A DNA stretch of 64,000 nt from Raja brachyura (lineage: Eukaryota): the NCBI GenBank assembly GCA_963514005.1, contig OY740805.1, positions 28,954,001 through 29,018,000 on the forward strand. Direction: 5' to 3'. This document shows, piece by piece, positions 63,485 through 64,000 of this stretch. The stretch's first letter is position 1; each line of letters opens with the position of its first letter. The translations under genes were made by a program, and so were the position numbers. The notes under the pieces were generated by a model. It did no database searches. It was not told the DNA's origin and saw only the letters and a program-made list of their open reading frames with translations.

Positions 63485-64000
63485 GGAATGGTGCTCCCGT
63501 GGACCCCGGACATTTGCAGACACGCGTTTTTGCATCAGGTGGAGGAGGAGGCGAGAACATGGGCCAGAAATTTCTTTAAACTCTCCCTCTCTCCCTCCCT
63601 TCTCCCTTTCCTTCTCGCTATCTCTCCCCTTCTCTCTCTCTTCACTTTTTCTCTCCCCCACCTTTTCTCTCTTTCTCTCTTTCTTTTCTTTCATTCTCCT
63701 TTTTTTCTCTCTTTCATTCGAAGATTCGAGACCAAAGTGGATCGGCAGCAAGATGAATGAATGAATAATTTATTTCAGTCATACATTAAAAAGACCAAAA
63801 CTTTACAATCTGTGTGAATATGAACCAACACTGTATCCATTTCACTCAACGTTCACATAATCAATGACCAAAAAAGGAATGGGCTGAAGCCACAAAGCTT
63901 ATTTTTGCCTATCCTGTACAATCCATGATAACCCAGAATATCAGCATTACAAAGGACAGAACACAAAACAATCAAACAAACTACAAACAGAATGAAACAG

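Overview
Eukaryotic, repeat-rich vertebrate DNA. The repeat content (CR1-type LINE 3' ends with (TTTCTATG)n tails, tRNA-derived SINEs, Penelope-like short repeats, a Tc1 copy) suggests a cartilaginous fish, probably a skate or ray; this is inference. The main feature is a minus-strand tandem array (~18.2-62.4 kb, period ~7.5-9.5 kb) of CD2/SLAM-family immunoglobulin-superfamily receptor genes. The ORF track shows only their V and C2 exons; I rebuilt the genes from splice sites. Four copies (B-E) look intact: a 70-nt signal-peptide exon, 330-nt IgV exon, 291-nt IgC2 exon and 152-155-nt TM/short-tail exon, all joined in phase 1, giving ~280 aa. Pseudogenes flank them: copy A at 18.6-20.2 kb, and a broken four-domain V-C2-V-C2-TM gene at 59.2-62.2 kb. 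Intron 1 of copies A, C, D and E carries a deletion scar indicating that the two-domain genes derive from that four-domain layout. Also present: a full-length inactive Tc1, two opposite-orientation ~1.03-kb non-autonomous DNA transposons with 7-bp TSDs, a solo LTR, a minisatellite, many decayed hammerhead-like repeats, speculative tyrosine-motif exons at 4.2 and 13.8-14.9 kb, and six N gaps. Most short ORFs in the track are repeat-derived noise.
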